Shown here one piece after another: positions 47,142-60,166 of a DNA stretch of 64,000 nt; position 1 is the stretch's first letter; every line of letters starts with the position of its first letter. The stretch spans positions 576,001 through 640,000 of the forward strand of contig CAVOKF010000003.1 of assembly GCA_963696385.1 (NCBI GenBank), in the 5' to 3' direction. Source of the stretch: an uncultured delta proteobacterium. GTDB taxonomy: Bacteria; Myxococcota_A; Polyangia; Polyangiales; Polyangiaceae. The position numbers were made by a program, and so were the translations under genes. The notes under the pieces were generated by a model, which was not told where the DNA came from, searched no databases, and saw only the letters and a list, made by a program, of their open reading frames with translations.

Positions 47142-48770
47142 TCATGCCTTGCCGGCTCGACGCGCACGCTTTGCTGCGATCTTCGCGAGCAGTTCTTCGC
47201 GCGTCACGCCAAGCCTCGCAGCGGTCTTCTGCGCCAGCGACGTTCGCGCGACACCGGGCACGAAGCGGTAGGTTGCCCTCTCGGACCCATCGAGTTCCAC
47301 CTGGATGAACTCGAGTGGGGTGGCACCGTTCTTCGCCTCGCGGGCAAGGCCCGTTGCGAACTGCAGCAAATGAGTCGTGGCGAACGCTCGGACCCCAAGC
47401 TCCGGCAAGAGCGACAGAACCAGCCGGGCGATCTCCTCCCCTTCGGAAGGATTCGTCCCGGAGCACAGCTCGTCGAGGACCACGAGCGCGCCCGGATCGA
47501 GCTCGTCGAACAGGCGACGAATTCGAAGCAGCTCCATCCCCAGATGTCCTTCCGGCTGATCGGAACGCGCTTCCTCGAACAGGGAGGCAAAGAGCCCCGA
47601 CGCGTGCGGAACGCGAGCCCCCCTCGCCGGAACAAATAGACCCGCTTGGGAAAGCAGTTGCGCAATGGCCACGGACTGCAAAAGCCTCGTCTTGCCTCCG
47701 GAGTTGGGACCCGTTACGACGACAATCGCGTTCGGCCCTGTGTGCAAATCGCAGGGTACGGGTTGAACACCCGCGGCAAGCAGCAGCGGATTGAACAGGC
47801 CTTGTAGATCGAGCGACGTGTCGGGCGCCGTCAACGTGGCCAGAGTCACCGACAGGCCCAAAGCGCGCGCCCGATCGCGAAAGCAAAGGGCGCCCAGAAA
47901 GACTTCGATGTCTCCCAGAAGCTGAAAGAGCGGCGCAATCGAGACTTCGACACCGGCGAAAACCTCGGAGAGCAACCGCTCCGCGATTTCGCCGGCGTTT
48001 GTCCGGAACCCCCGCGCGAAGAGAACGACACGAGCGAAAAATCGGCGCAATGCCGGGACGTAGAACGGATTGGAGCGGTTTTCTTCGACGCGCACGATTT
48101 GCAGCGCTCGCACCTCTCCGTCCGCTCCCACTCGTACGCGAAGATCGAGCGAGCCGAGATGCTCGTCGTGCTCGAGGAACGCGACGAGGCGCCGATAGCC
48201 GTCGCTGTCGGCCACCGCGGCACCGAACGCCCGAAGTCGACTCAGCGCCGACGTTGCGCCCACGAACGACGACGCCAGAAGGTCGAACGCGCCGCGCACC
48301 GCCCGAAGAATCTCAACCCGCCGTACGCGAGGCGCGGGCTGTCGCGGCGCGCAGAGAAGTCCGCGAATCCTCAAGATCGCGAAGTAGACGCTCTCGAGCT
48401 CGGACCGCGCGGCCGGTACATCGACGAGCTCGGCCAGCACGCTCTGCCGGGTCTCGACGTGGCGTGGGTCGCTGGGCGGAGCCGCAAGCACTCGCGCTGC
48501 GTACCGTCCGGAAGCGTGGTAGGCGTCGCCACCGATGCGAAGGGCCAGGCATTTATCGACGATTTCGTCGACGTAAACGTCCCGCACGAAGCCATCGCGC
48601 TCCCACGACGATGGGGGGAGATCGGCTGCAGCGACCACGTCGTCGAACGCCGTCTGAGGAGCGCCCGCGGCAAAGGCGAAAACGAGAGCCTGCCGCAGCG
48701 CAGCGGTGCTTGTGCGCATGCGCGGGTCGGCGCTGAGCAAGTCCGGGATGGGTAACGCGACAGGGGACAT
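47142..48770 (-). CDS. Stand-alone MutS domain V-like ATPase
   Basis: LQGLFNPLL, Walker A TGPNSGGKT, Q.GLFVPA, GHLGMEL, Walker B LDELCSGTNP.EG, ATTH, YRFVPG; no N-terminal mismatch-binding or Smr domain recognisable. Confidence 0.85.
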   Translation of the reverse strand: MSPVALPIPDLLSADPRMRTSTAALRQALVFAFAAGAPQTAFDDVVAAADLPPSSWERDGFVRDVYVDEIVDKCLALRIGGDAYHASGRYAARVLAAPPSDPRHVETRQSVLAELVDVPAARSELESVYFAILRIRGLLCAPRQPAPRVRRVEILRAVRGAFDLLASSFVGATSALSRLRAFGAAVADSDGYRRLVAFLEHDEHLGSLDLRVRVGADGEVRALQIVRVEENRSNPFYVPALRRFFARVVLFARGFRTNAGEIAERLLSEVFAGVEVSIAPLFQLLGDIEVFLGALCFRDRARALGLSVTLATLTAPDTSLDLQGLFNPLLLAAGVQPVPCDLHTGPNAIVVVTGPNSGGKTRLLQSVAIAQLLSQAGLFVPARGARVPHASGLFASLFEEARSDQPEGHLGMELLRIRRLFDELDPGALVVLDELCSGTNPSEGEEIARLVLSLLPELGVRAFATTHLLQFATGLAREAKNGATPLEFIQVELDGSERATYRFVPGVARTSLAQKTAARLGVTREELLAKIAAKRARRAGKA

Positions 48771-48852
48771 CGCTGAGAGGGTCGCCTTTCAACCGCACCG
48801 TTGGACGGAAACCCTCTCGTTGGCCTTCTCGACCTAGTCCCGTGGCCGGGCG

Positions 48853-49455
48853 TCACTTCTTTTTCGTGTGACACCCCAAGCAACCGAACCCTTGGCCCGT
48901 CTTCGGATCGTACGGCGACTCGCCGAGCAGCTCGGCCATCGTCGGCTCGACTTGCTTCATCATGAAATCCACAGCCTTCGGATGCTTCGCGTGCAGGGCC
49001 TTCATCCCCGCGGGCGTAAGCTCAAGCTTGGGAAGGTCGGGGTTCGGCATTTTGAAACTGCCATCTTTGACCCCGGCGCCATGGCACAGGACGCATTTGG
49101 TCTCGGCGTAGGCCTTTGCGTCAAAATCATGAAAAAGTGCGCCCATCTTGGGCATTACCGTCGACTTCATGTACGCCAACTTCTGATCGTGCGTCCATTT
49201 CTCCCAGTCGCCTGGTCCAGGAGGACCCGCGGCTTCGGCGCTTGCCGAAGTCGAAGGCGCCGCGCTCGGCGCCGGAGCAGCACTCTCGGCAGCGGCGGCG
49301 CTGCTCGCCGGTTGGGCGCTCGCCGCCTCGGAGACCGAGCTCGACGTGGCCGGGGGATTGCTCGGCTGTGTGGCCTCCGGCTGGCCGCCGCCGCACGCAA
49401 CGGAGAACGCTGGAACGAAGAGAGCGATTGCGCATAGGGCTATGAGACGCTTCAT
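48853..49455 (-). CDS. Di-heme c-type cytochrome lipoprotein
   Basis: Lipobox SVAC, Ala/Pro/Ser linker, two CxxCH motifs (CVLCH, CLGCH), Met-rich helices as possible axial ligands. Confidence 0.8.
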   Translation of the reverse strand: MKRLIALCAIALFVPAFSVACGGGQPEATQPSNPPATSSSVSEAASAQPASSAAAAESAAPAPSAAPSTSASAEAAGPPGPGDWEKWTHDQKLAYMKSTVMPKMGALFHDFDAKAYAETKCVLCHGAGVKDGSFKMPNPDLPKLELTPAGMKALHAKHPKAVDFMMKQVEPTMAELLGESPYDPKTGQGFGCLGCHTKKK

Positions 49456-49548
49456 GGCGCCCTTGGATGCACCACGAGCCCAGCCGTTGCAAGGCCATTC
49501 GTCCGGTTCACGCCGAAGGCGGCACATCGGCCAACCGGGGCCGCCCGG

Positions 49549-51711
49549 TCACGCGCGCTCGACGGCGACCACCCCCTTGACTTTCTGCAGCGATCGCATC
49601 ACCGCCTTCAACTGCTGCAGATCCTCGCACACGAACGAAAACAGGTTGACGGCTCGGCCGTCGTCACTCGCCCGGCAGTTTGCCTCGCTGATGTTGATAC
49701 CTTGCGCCATGAACGTCTGGCCGACGTTCGCGAGAATGCCGGGGAGATTTGCCGTGACCACGCGAACCTGCACGCTGCGATTAATGCGCGCCTTGCTGTC
49801 CCACGTGATTTCGACACGCCGTTCCGGATCCGTGTCGAACGCCTTGGGACAGCCTCGTCGGTGGATCGTGACGCCGCGCCCGCGCGTGATGAATCCGAGG
49901 ATGTCGTCGCCGGGCAGCGGATTGCAGCACTTTGCGTACCGCACCAATACGTCGTCGATGCCGTTGATCCGAATCGCTCCTTCGTCACGCTTGATGACTT
50001 TGCGAACCAGACCCGCCAGTCTGCCCTCGCGGAGCGACGCCGGTGGCTTGCTCTCGCGCCCGCTTTCGTCCGGTGGCGCGACGAACTTGATGATCTCGTC
50101 CGGATCGATCTTTCCGTAACCGATTCCGATGAAAAGCTCTTCGAGATTCGAGACCTTCAGGTGCTCGAAGAGCCGGCGTAACTCCGACTCGTTCTTAAGG
50201 AGCTTGCTCGCGCTGATCCCTGCGTCGTGAAGTCCGCGCTCGAGAAGCTCTTCGCCGAGCCGACGGCTCTTGTCGCGCTGGTCCTGCCGGAAGTAGTTGC
50301 GGATCTTGGCGCGGGCCCGCGTCGTTCCGATGAAGTCGAGCCAGTCCTTGCTCGGACTCTGATGCGTACTCGTCAGGACCTCGACGACGTCGCCGTTGCG
50401 CAGTTTGTAGCGCAATGACTCCATCTTTCCGTTGATGCGTGCCCCAGTGACGTGATCGCCGAGTTGAGTGTGAATCTGATACGCGAAATCGATGGGGGTC
50501 GCTCCCCGCGGAAACACCCGCACGTCCCCTTTCGGAGTGAAGACATAGACCTCGTCCTGAAACAGGTCGACCTTGACGCCTTCGAGGAATTCGGCCGGAT
50601 CCTTGAGTTCCTTTTGCCACTCGAGAAGCTGCCGCAGCCACGAGAAGCGCTGCGCATCTTGCTCAGCGATGCCACCGCCGCGTTCCTTGTACTTCCAGTG
50701 CGCCGCTATTCCGCGCTCGGCCACCCGGTGCATCTCTTGCGTTCGAATCTGAATCTCGATCCGCTCGCGCCCCGGGCCGATGACCGTCGTATGCAACGAC
50801 TGATACATGTTCGGCTTGGGCAGCGCGACGTAATCCTTGAATCGGCCCGGGACGGGCGTCCACTGCGAATGGATGACCCCCAGCGCGGCATAGCAATCGC
50901 TCACGCTCTCCACGAGGACGCGAAACGCAATGAGATCCTGCACGCCTTCGAGGCCGGACTCCTGCGCCTTCATCTTGCGGTAAACGCTATAGAGGTGCTT
51001 CGCCCTGCCCGTGACCTCGGCTGCGAAGCCCTGCTCGGCCAGACGGCTCGACAGCGTCTTGCAGACCTCCGCGATATACTTATCGCGCTCGCGCTTCGTC
51101 TTCGTCATTTGCGCGACGAGCTCGGCGCAAGCCTCGGGCTCGAGATATCGGAAACTCAGGTCCTCGAGTTCACTCTTGAACGCCTGGATGCCGAGCCGGT
51201 TCGCGAGCGGCGCATAGATCTCCAGCGTTTCCTGCGCGATTCGCTGCTGGGAGTCGTGCCCCATGTGCTCGAGCGTCCGCATGTTGTCGAGGCGATCGCA
51301 GAGTTTGATCAGCAAGACGCGGATGTCCCGCGCCATGGCAACGACCATCTTGCGGAAATTCTCGGCCTGGCGATCCTCCTTGGAGGTGAAGTTGATCTTG
51401 GAGAGCTTCGTGACGCCGTCGACCAATTCGGCGACTTCCACGCCAAATTCCTTCGTCAGCTCATCGCTGGTCGCGAGCGTATCCTCGACGACGTCGTGCA
51501 AGAGGCCCGCACAGACGCTTGCCGCATCGAGACGCAGATCCGCCAAAATACCCGCGACACTCACCGGGTGCACGATGTAAGGCTGACCCGATTTGCGCGT
51601 TTGCCCCGCGTGCATGCGGTAGCTGTAGTCGTATGCTCGCTGAATCAGGTCGGGGTCGACCGTGGGCTGGTAGGCCTTGACCCGTTTGATAAGTTGTTCG
51701 GCCTGGAGCAT
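49549..51711 (-). CDS. relA: Bifunctional (p)ppGpp synthetase/hydrolase Rel
   Basis: H.GQ.RKSG.PY..HP, HDVVEDT, DRLDNMRTL, GRAKH, RFKDY, YQSLHT, EIQIRT, TGS (VFTPKG), CCNPLPGD, ACT. Confidence 0.96.
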   Translation of the reverse strand: MLQAEQLIKRVKAYQPTVDPDLIQRAYDYSYRMHAGQTRKSGQPYIVHPVSVAGILADLRLDAASVCAGLLHDVVEDTLATSDELTKEFGVEVAELVDGVTKLSKINFTSKEDRQAENFRKMVVAMARDIRVLLIKLCDRLDNMRTLEHMGHDSQQRIAQETLEIYAPLANRLGIQAFKSELEDLSFRYLEPEACAELVAQMTKTKRERDKYIAEVCKTLSSRLAEQGFAAEVTGRAKHLYSVYRKMKAQESGLEGVQDLIAFRVLVESVSDCYAALGVIHSQWTPVPGRFKDYVALPKPNMYQSLHTTVIGPGRERIEIQIRTQEMHRVAERGIAAHWKYKERGGGIAEQDAQRFSWLRQLLEWQKELKDPAEFLEGVKVDLFQDEVYVFTPKGDVRVFPRGATPIDFAYQIHTQLGDHVTGARINGKMESLRYKLRNGDVVEVLTSTHQSPSKDWLDFIGTTRARAKIRNYFRQDQRDKSRRLGEELLERGLHDAGISASKLLKNESELRRLFEHLKVSNLEELFIGIGYGKIDPDEIIKFVAPPDESGRESKPPASLREGRLAGLVRKVIKRDEGAIRINGIDDVLVRYAKCCNPLPGDDILGFITRGRGVTIHRRGCPKAFDTDPERRVEITWDSKARINRSVQVRVVTANLPGILANVGQTFMAQGINISEANCRASDDGRAVNLFSFVCEDLQQLKAVMRSLQKVKGVVAVERA

Positions 51712-51792
51712 CGGCGGAGCGGCGGATCGTGCGCAGCCCGGACTTGAAGCGTAACACCTCCACTTTCTTCGAGCAATTCAGCCGACCCGCCC

Positions 51793-53133
51793 ATGACGCA
51801 TCCGCCCTTTGGACCTTCCGCTCCGCGCGGGTCGGGAGGCGACGACGGTCCCAAGCCGGCCCGATCTGCGTTGCATGAACAAGAACGGGCAATCCACGAC
51901 TCGCCCGATCGTTTCGTGGTCGAGGCTGCGGCCCGCCGCGCGACCGTATACGTGCACTTTCCTTGGTGTCTGGCCAAGTGCCCTTATTGCGACTTCGTGA
52001 GCTACGTCGACCCGGGAGCCGACGGCACCTCGTACACAGCCGCCGTGTTGCGCGAGCTCGAGGCCCGCGCCCCGCTTCTCGACGGCACGGAGTCGTTTGA
52101 AGTCGAGAGCATTTTTTTTGGCGGCGGCACCCCGAGCCTCTGGGACCCGCGAGAGTTGGCGAAGGTCGTCGCGGCGATTCGCAGTCGCCTGCGCGTCGTG
52201 GATCCTGTCGAGGTCACGGTCGAATGCAACCCGACGTCGCTCGACCACCCGAAGGCGCGCGCTCTGGTCGACGCCGGGGTCAATCGACTGTCGATCGGCG
52301 TGCAATCGCTTCGCGACGAGCGACTGAGATTCCTCGGCCGCCTGCACGACGCTCGGGGCGCGATCGGTGCCGTGCGGGATGCCATTCGCGCTGGCGTCCC
52401 GCGTATTTCCGCCGACCTGATTTTCGGCACACCTGGACAGTCCCCTTCTGAGGCCTGCGCCGAAGCGCTCGAACTGGTCGATCTCGGTCTTGCCCACGTG
52501 TCCTGCTACCAGCTGACCATCGAGGCGGGAACACGATTCGGCGAGCTCGCGCGACGCGGTCGTCTGCCCCTGGCGGACGAGGGTGCCGTGGCCGACGCCT
52601 TTCTCGCGATCGACGCAGCCCTGACCGAGCGTGGACTTCGCCACTACGAAGTCTCCAACTACGCGCGTCCGGGCGAAGAGGCGCGTCACAATCTGGCGTA
52701 TTGGCGCGGCGACGAGTACCTCGGCCTCGGCTGCGCCGCTTACGGCTTCGTCCGTGACCGCTTCCCGGGTCCCGAAACCGCCGTCCGGGGAGTGCGCTGG
52801 CGCAACATCGCGCAGCCGAACCAGTATGTCGCGTCTACCCGCTCGGCGCGTCCCGGTCGGATCGGCGTCGGCGACGGCATTTCGGAATCGAGCGAACGCT
52901 TGGACGCTGAGTCACTCTTGCGCGAGCGGATCATGCTCGGATTGCGCGTACACGACGGCTTGGACGTCGCCGCGGCAGCTCGAGAGCTCGGAGTCCATGG
53001 TTGGACCGTGGAGCGCGAACGCACAGCGAGCTGGCTTCAAGCCCGGCAACGTCTCATTCGGGACGGAGCGCGGATCCGCATCCCCCCAAGCGCGTGGCTA
53101 TGGACCGACGATACGAGCGCGAGACTCTTTTAG
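51793..53133 (+). CDS. hemW: Radical SAM heme chaperone HemW (HemN-like)
   Basis: YVHFPWCLAKCPYCDF, FFGGGTPS, ECNP, NRLSIGVQS, YEVSNY, HNLAYW. The true start may lie further downstream. Confidence 0.9.
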   Translation: MTHPPFGPSAPRGSGGDDGPKPARSALHEQERAIHDSPDRFVVEAAARRATVYVHFPWCLAKCPYCDFVSYVDPGADGTSYTAAVLRELEARAPLLDGTESFEVESIFFGGGTPSLWDPRELAKVVAAIRSRLRVVDPVEVTVECNPTSLDHPKARALVDAGVNRLSIGVQSLRDERLRFLGRLHDARGAIGAVRDAIRAGVPRISADLIFGTPGQSPSEACAEALELVDLGLAHVSCYQLTIEAGTRFGELARRGRLPLADEGAVADAFLAIDAALTERGLRHYEVSNYARPGEEARHNLAYWRGDEYLGLGCAAYGFVRDRFPGPETAVRGVRWRNIAQPNQYVASTRSARPGRIGVGDGISESSERLDAESLLRERIMLGLRVHDGLDVAAAARELGVHGWTVERERTASWLQARQRLIRDGARIRIPPSAWLWTDDTSARLF

Positions 53134-53385
53134 AATTCCGGCCCCAAACTCGCTCCCCCGGTTGACCTCAGCGGCCGATCGACCAACCCCAGCCGTGGCG
53201 GAGGTATCCGCGCCCATCCGAGGTCGGTCCACCTGCGGACGATCGGCCGATGCGGATAAGGTGTGGACTACGCTGAACGGTGCTGGAGAAGATGGGGATC
53301 TCCTGTTCAGATCTTCGGGTGAGGGCGGTTGGCCACGGTCGAGGTCCCTGGATCGCAGGGAGGGGACGCTAGGGGCAGCACACCC

Positions 53386-53431
53386 ACACAATACGTCGTA
53401 CGTTTTGCTGGACAAGCCCAATATCTAGGGG
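53386..53431 (+). promoter_or_regulatory. Tandem NrdR boxes upstream of nrdJ
   Basis: acaCAATAcgTcGtac (53386-53401) and gccCAATATcTAGggg (53416-53431) compared with the consensus acaCwAtATaTwGtgt; 30-nt period; directly upstream of a ribonucleotide reductase. Confidence 0.7.
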
Positions 53432-53685
53432 GTAGCGTCGCATCTCAGCACAAGGCACGGAGCGTCACCACGGCGCTGCCATGGCCATTTTTGTCTACGT
53501 GAACGTACTGAACATACTAGCAACATGCTCGGGTGAAGGCTGCTCAAATCAGGGCAAGGGCCAACGAGCGAAGAGCTAACGAATGGAAGCCTCGCCGGCC
53601 TGACAGGGTGGGCGACGAGGTTGCTTGCGCGCACTTGCCCCGCAGCAGGGAGCGCGGTGGTCTCTGTATTGCCCGGAGGTAGATC

Positions 53686-57216
<3,531 letters not shown>

Positions 57217-57296
57217 CAACGGCTGGCGGGCTCGCATCCGTTGGGCCCGCTACCGTGTGAGCAAGATCGGACGATTCGCTGTAGGCTTGCGTCGAG

Positions 57297-57746
57297 ATGC
57301 CGAGGGTCTGTTCCTGCGTCTTTTTCGCAGTTTTTTCCATTTCCATTCCGGCGTTGCTGGTCGGATGCCCCAGAAGGCAATCCGCTGAGGAAGAGGCGGG
57401 GGCGCCGGCACCGGCCGTGACCAGCGCCCCCTCCGTCACCGAGCTCGCCCCTCTCATCGAGGACGCCGGCGACGACGGGGACGCCGCTGTCGAAGCTGCG
57501 ACGCCCAAGAAGCGGGCTGTGCCCTTGCTCACCTCGAATCAGGCAAAGATCAGGGCATGCTGCAACGCGATGCGCTCGCAAGCCAAGCTGCTCGGCCCAT
57601 CGCCCGAGGGTTACCAGCTGAACACGATGGCGCTTCAGTGCGATGCGTTTGTCGCTCAGATCGGCCCTGAAGGAATGGCGCCAGAACTGACGCAATTTCG
57701 CGAGGTTCTGAAAAACATCAAGCTACCGGGCGCCTGTCAGTTTTGA
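57297..57746 (+). CDS. Hypothetical lipoprotein with a Cys-containing helical C-terminal domain
   Basis: Lipobox LVGC; acidic Ala/Pro linker; IRACCNAM...QCD...LPGAC. Confidence 0.7.
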   Translation: MPRVCSCVFFAVFSISIPALLVGCPRRQSAEEEAGAPAPAVTSAPSVTELAPLIEDAGDDGDAAVEAATPKKRAVPLLTSNQAKIRACCNAMRSQAKLLGPSPEGYQLNTMALQCDAFVAQIGPEGMAPELTQFREVLKNIKLPGACQF

Positions 57747-58718
57747 GTGGTTCGCTGGGCGCGCAACTCGAAAATGATCGAAGCCGCGCGGTTCCAGGGC
57801 ACGCTCCTCTTGCCCCCCGCGGAGTACGAGGCCCTTGCCTTCGCGCACCTCGCCGATGAGTCGAAAACCTTCGATGGCAACCGGACTCGCAACCACAAGC
57901 GCATAGTCTTCGCCGCCATACAAAGCGAGTTCGAGCGCGCTCCCACTCGACGCCTCGGCCGCGCGAAGAAGCGAGTCGTCGGCCGAGAGAGCCCGCTCGT
58001 CGAGCACAATCTGCACTCCGCTCGCTTCCGCAATGTGCCCCACGTCCCGGGCCAGGCCGTCCGATACGTCGATCGCCGCATGCGCCACCGCCGCCATCGC
58101 GCTTCCTTCCCGGACTAGGGCGCGCGGCGTTCGCCACGACGCGACGGCGGCGTGCAATCGCGGGTCCGCGTCGGCACGTCCGGTCTCAAGCGCGCGGAGT
58201 CCTGCCGCCGCCAGGCCGACGGCGCCCGCGAGCCATACGGTGTCGCCCGAGCGGGCGCCGGAGCGCGTGACCGCGCGCTCGCACGTTCCCAGAACGGTCG
58301 TCGAGATGGACAGCTCTCGACCTCGAGCGAGATTCCCTCCCACAACGGGTGCTCCGAGGCTAAGCGCCGCGTCACGCTGGCCAACCGCGATCTGCGCGAG
58401 GGCCGTGTCGTCGACGTCGTCGGGCAATGCCAATGCGCACAAGACGCACCAAGGCTTCGCGCCCATCGCCGCAATGTCGCTGGCCGCGGCCATCAAGCTG
58501 CGCCACCCGACGTCGCGCCACGGCAGGAAGTCGCGCCGGAAGTGTGTGCCCTCGACCTGCGCGTCAATCGTCCAAACGATGCGACGCCCCGTCGCCCTAC
58601 CCCCGTCTAGAACCGCCGCGTCGTCGCCCATTGCGACTTCCACTGCGAACTCCGAGCCCGCACCCGAAGCGTCGCCCAGCGTACGCGCGAGCATCGCGAT
58701 TCGGGCTGCTTCATCCAT
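57723..58718 (-). CDS. thiL: Thiamine-monophosphate kinase
   Basis: MDEAARI, MGDDAAV, VEGTHF, SDIAAMGA, GGN, RSGA..GD, AIDVSDGL, GGEDYAL, GFDHF. Confidence 0.94.
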   Translation of the reverse strand: MDEAARIAMLARTLGDASGAGSEFAVEVAMGDDAAVLDGGRATGRRIVWTIDAQVEGTHFRRDFLPWRDVGWRSLMAAASDIAAMGAKPWCVLCALALPDDVDDTALAQIAVGQRDAALSLGAPVVGGNLARGRELSISTTVLGTCERAVTRSGARSGDTVWLAGAVGLAAAGLRALETGRADADPRLHAAVASWRTPRALVREGSAMAAVAHAAIDVSDGLARDVGHIAEASGVQIVLDERALSADDSLLRAAEASSGSALELALYGGEDYALVVASPVAIEGFRLIGEVREGKGLVLRGGQEERALEPRGFDHFRVARPANHSKLTGAR

Positions 58719-58729
58719 CCGCGCTCCGT

Positions 58730-60166
58730 TTAGGCCACCCGAGATGCTTCGGACATGGTCGGCTCGGGCTGGGGCAGGGTAACGACGAAGACCGTCCCCC
58801 TGGGGTCATTGTCCTCGATTCGAATTGCGCCGCGGTGACCCTCGATCAGCCGTTTGACGATCGACAAGCCTAGTCCCGTGCCCCCGAACTCGCGCGTGCT
58901 CGAGGAGTCGATCTGGTAAAATGCGTCGAACACCCGGAGTCTTTCGCGGGGCGGAATCCCGATTCCGGTGTCCATGACCCTCACCTCGACTCGCGCACGC
59001 GTCGGCGCGAGCAGCGTCAGTCCTTCGTCACCACCGGCTTCCGCGGAGTCTGCCTCGGTCATTCGTGCCCGCAGCGTTACTTCCCCCCCGCTCGGCGTAA
59101 ATTTAAGCGCGTTTTCCACGAGGTTCAAGAACACTTGCCGAAGACGTTCCGGATCACCGCGCAGATCGGGGGTCGGCGCGGCATCGAGGGTAAGCCTCAC
59201 GCCCTTCTTCAGCGCGACAGGGGTCAGCGTCGAGATCACCTCGCGAAGCACAGGCTCCAGGCCCATGATGCGCGTGGCGAGGCGCATCGTGCCACTTTCC
59301 AGCTTGCCCAGATCCAGAAGGCCCATAATGAGCGAGAGAAGCTGGCCACCCTTTTCGTGGATCGTCTTGACGAACTCGAGCTGCTCCGGTTTGAGCTCAC
59401 CAGCGAGGCCCTCGCTCAGCATCTCGCTGTAACCGATGATCGATGTGAGCGGAGTTCGGAGCTCGTGGCTCACCGTCGCGAGGAAGCTCGACTTGAGCCG
59501 ATCGAGTTCCTTGAGACGGTCGAACGCCTCCTGCAACCGCCCGTTCTTCTCCTCGAGCTCGCGGTAACTCTCGCGCACGCTCGCAAGGTGCATTTGGCTC
59601 GTGACGAATGCGCGATGGCCGCTAAAGAGCAAGAGATCGAGCGCGGATTTCAGGTGCGCTGCCATACGCATCACGGTCTGCGGCTTGGCACGCGGCATTT
59701 TTGCGAGCAGCTCTCGGGCTCGCCCCTTGTCGATCGCCGGATCGACCGCGAGCAGCGAGGCAGGGACGTCCTGCACGTTCGCGGGAACGAAAGGGCCGAC
59801 GATGAGCCGGCCGACCCGCCGTCCGTCGTAGTCGAGCGCAAGGATCCGGTACGTTGCGCCGGTAAAGCAGGGGTGCACAACGTCCCCGGTCTCACCTGGA
59901 TCGCGCGATTTCGCGCCGCCGACCGTCGCTGCGCATGCCTGGCGTCCGGCCGCCGTCGCGTTCACGTAAGCACAAAGCTCGCCCTCGACCGGGGCGTCGG
60001 CAAGCAAGCTGCCTCCGCTCGAATAGATGCGAACGGGAATGCCGAAAAGAGTCACGAAGCTCTTGCAAAGCTCACCGAGTCCGTCGCGGTCGATGATGTC
60101 CTCGAGTCGAACTCGGTCATCAAAGAGCAAGTCCTGAACCAAGACGGCGGGTGCATCGACGGTCAT
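58730..60166 (-). CDS. Cytoplasmic PocR-domain sensor histidine kinase
   Basis: PocR-like Cys pattern (LCAYV...AC...HPCFTG), H-box SHELRTPLTSI, NLVENALKFT, DTGIGI, GGTGLGL; no TM segment; ATG overlaps the GTPase stop. Confidence 0.9.
   Translation of the reverse strand: MTVDAPAVLVQDLLFDDRVRLEDIIDRDGLGELCKSFVTLFGIPVRIYSSGGSLLADAPVEGELCAYVNATAAGRQACAATVGGAKSRDPGETGDVVHPCFTGATYRILALDYDGRRVGRLIVGPFVPANVQDVPASLLAVDPAIDKGRARELLAKMPRAKPQTVMRMAAHLKSALDLLLFSGHRAFVTSQMHLASVRESYRELEEKNGRLQEAFDRLKELDRLKSSFLATVSHELRTPLTSIIGYSEMLSEGLAGELKPEQLEFVKTIHEKGGQLLSLIMGLLDLGKLESGTMRLATRIMGLEPVLREVISTLTPVALKKGVRLTLDAAPTPDLRGDPERLRQVFLNLVENALKFTPSGGEVTLRARMTEADSAEAGGDEGLTLLAPTRARVEVRVMDTGIGIPPRERLRVFDAFYQIDSSSTREFGGTGLGLSIVKRLIEGHRGAIRIEDNDPRGTVFVVTLPQPEPTMSEASRVA

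Noticed and set aside
52112..52119. T8 homopolymer in hemW as a phase-variation site
   Set aside because: It encodes the conserved IFFGGGTPS motif in frame.
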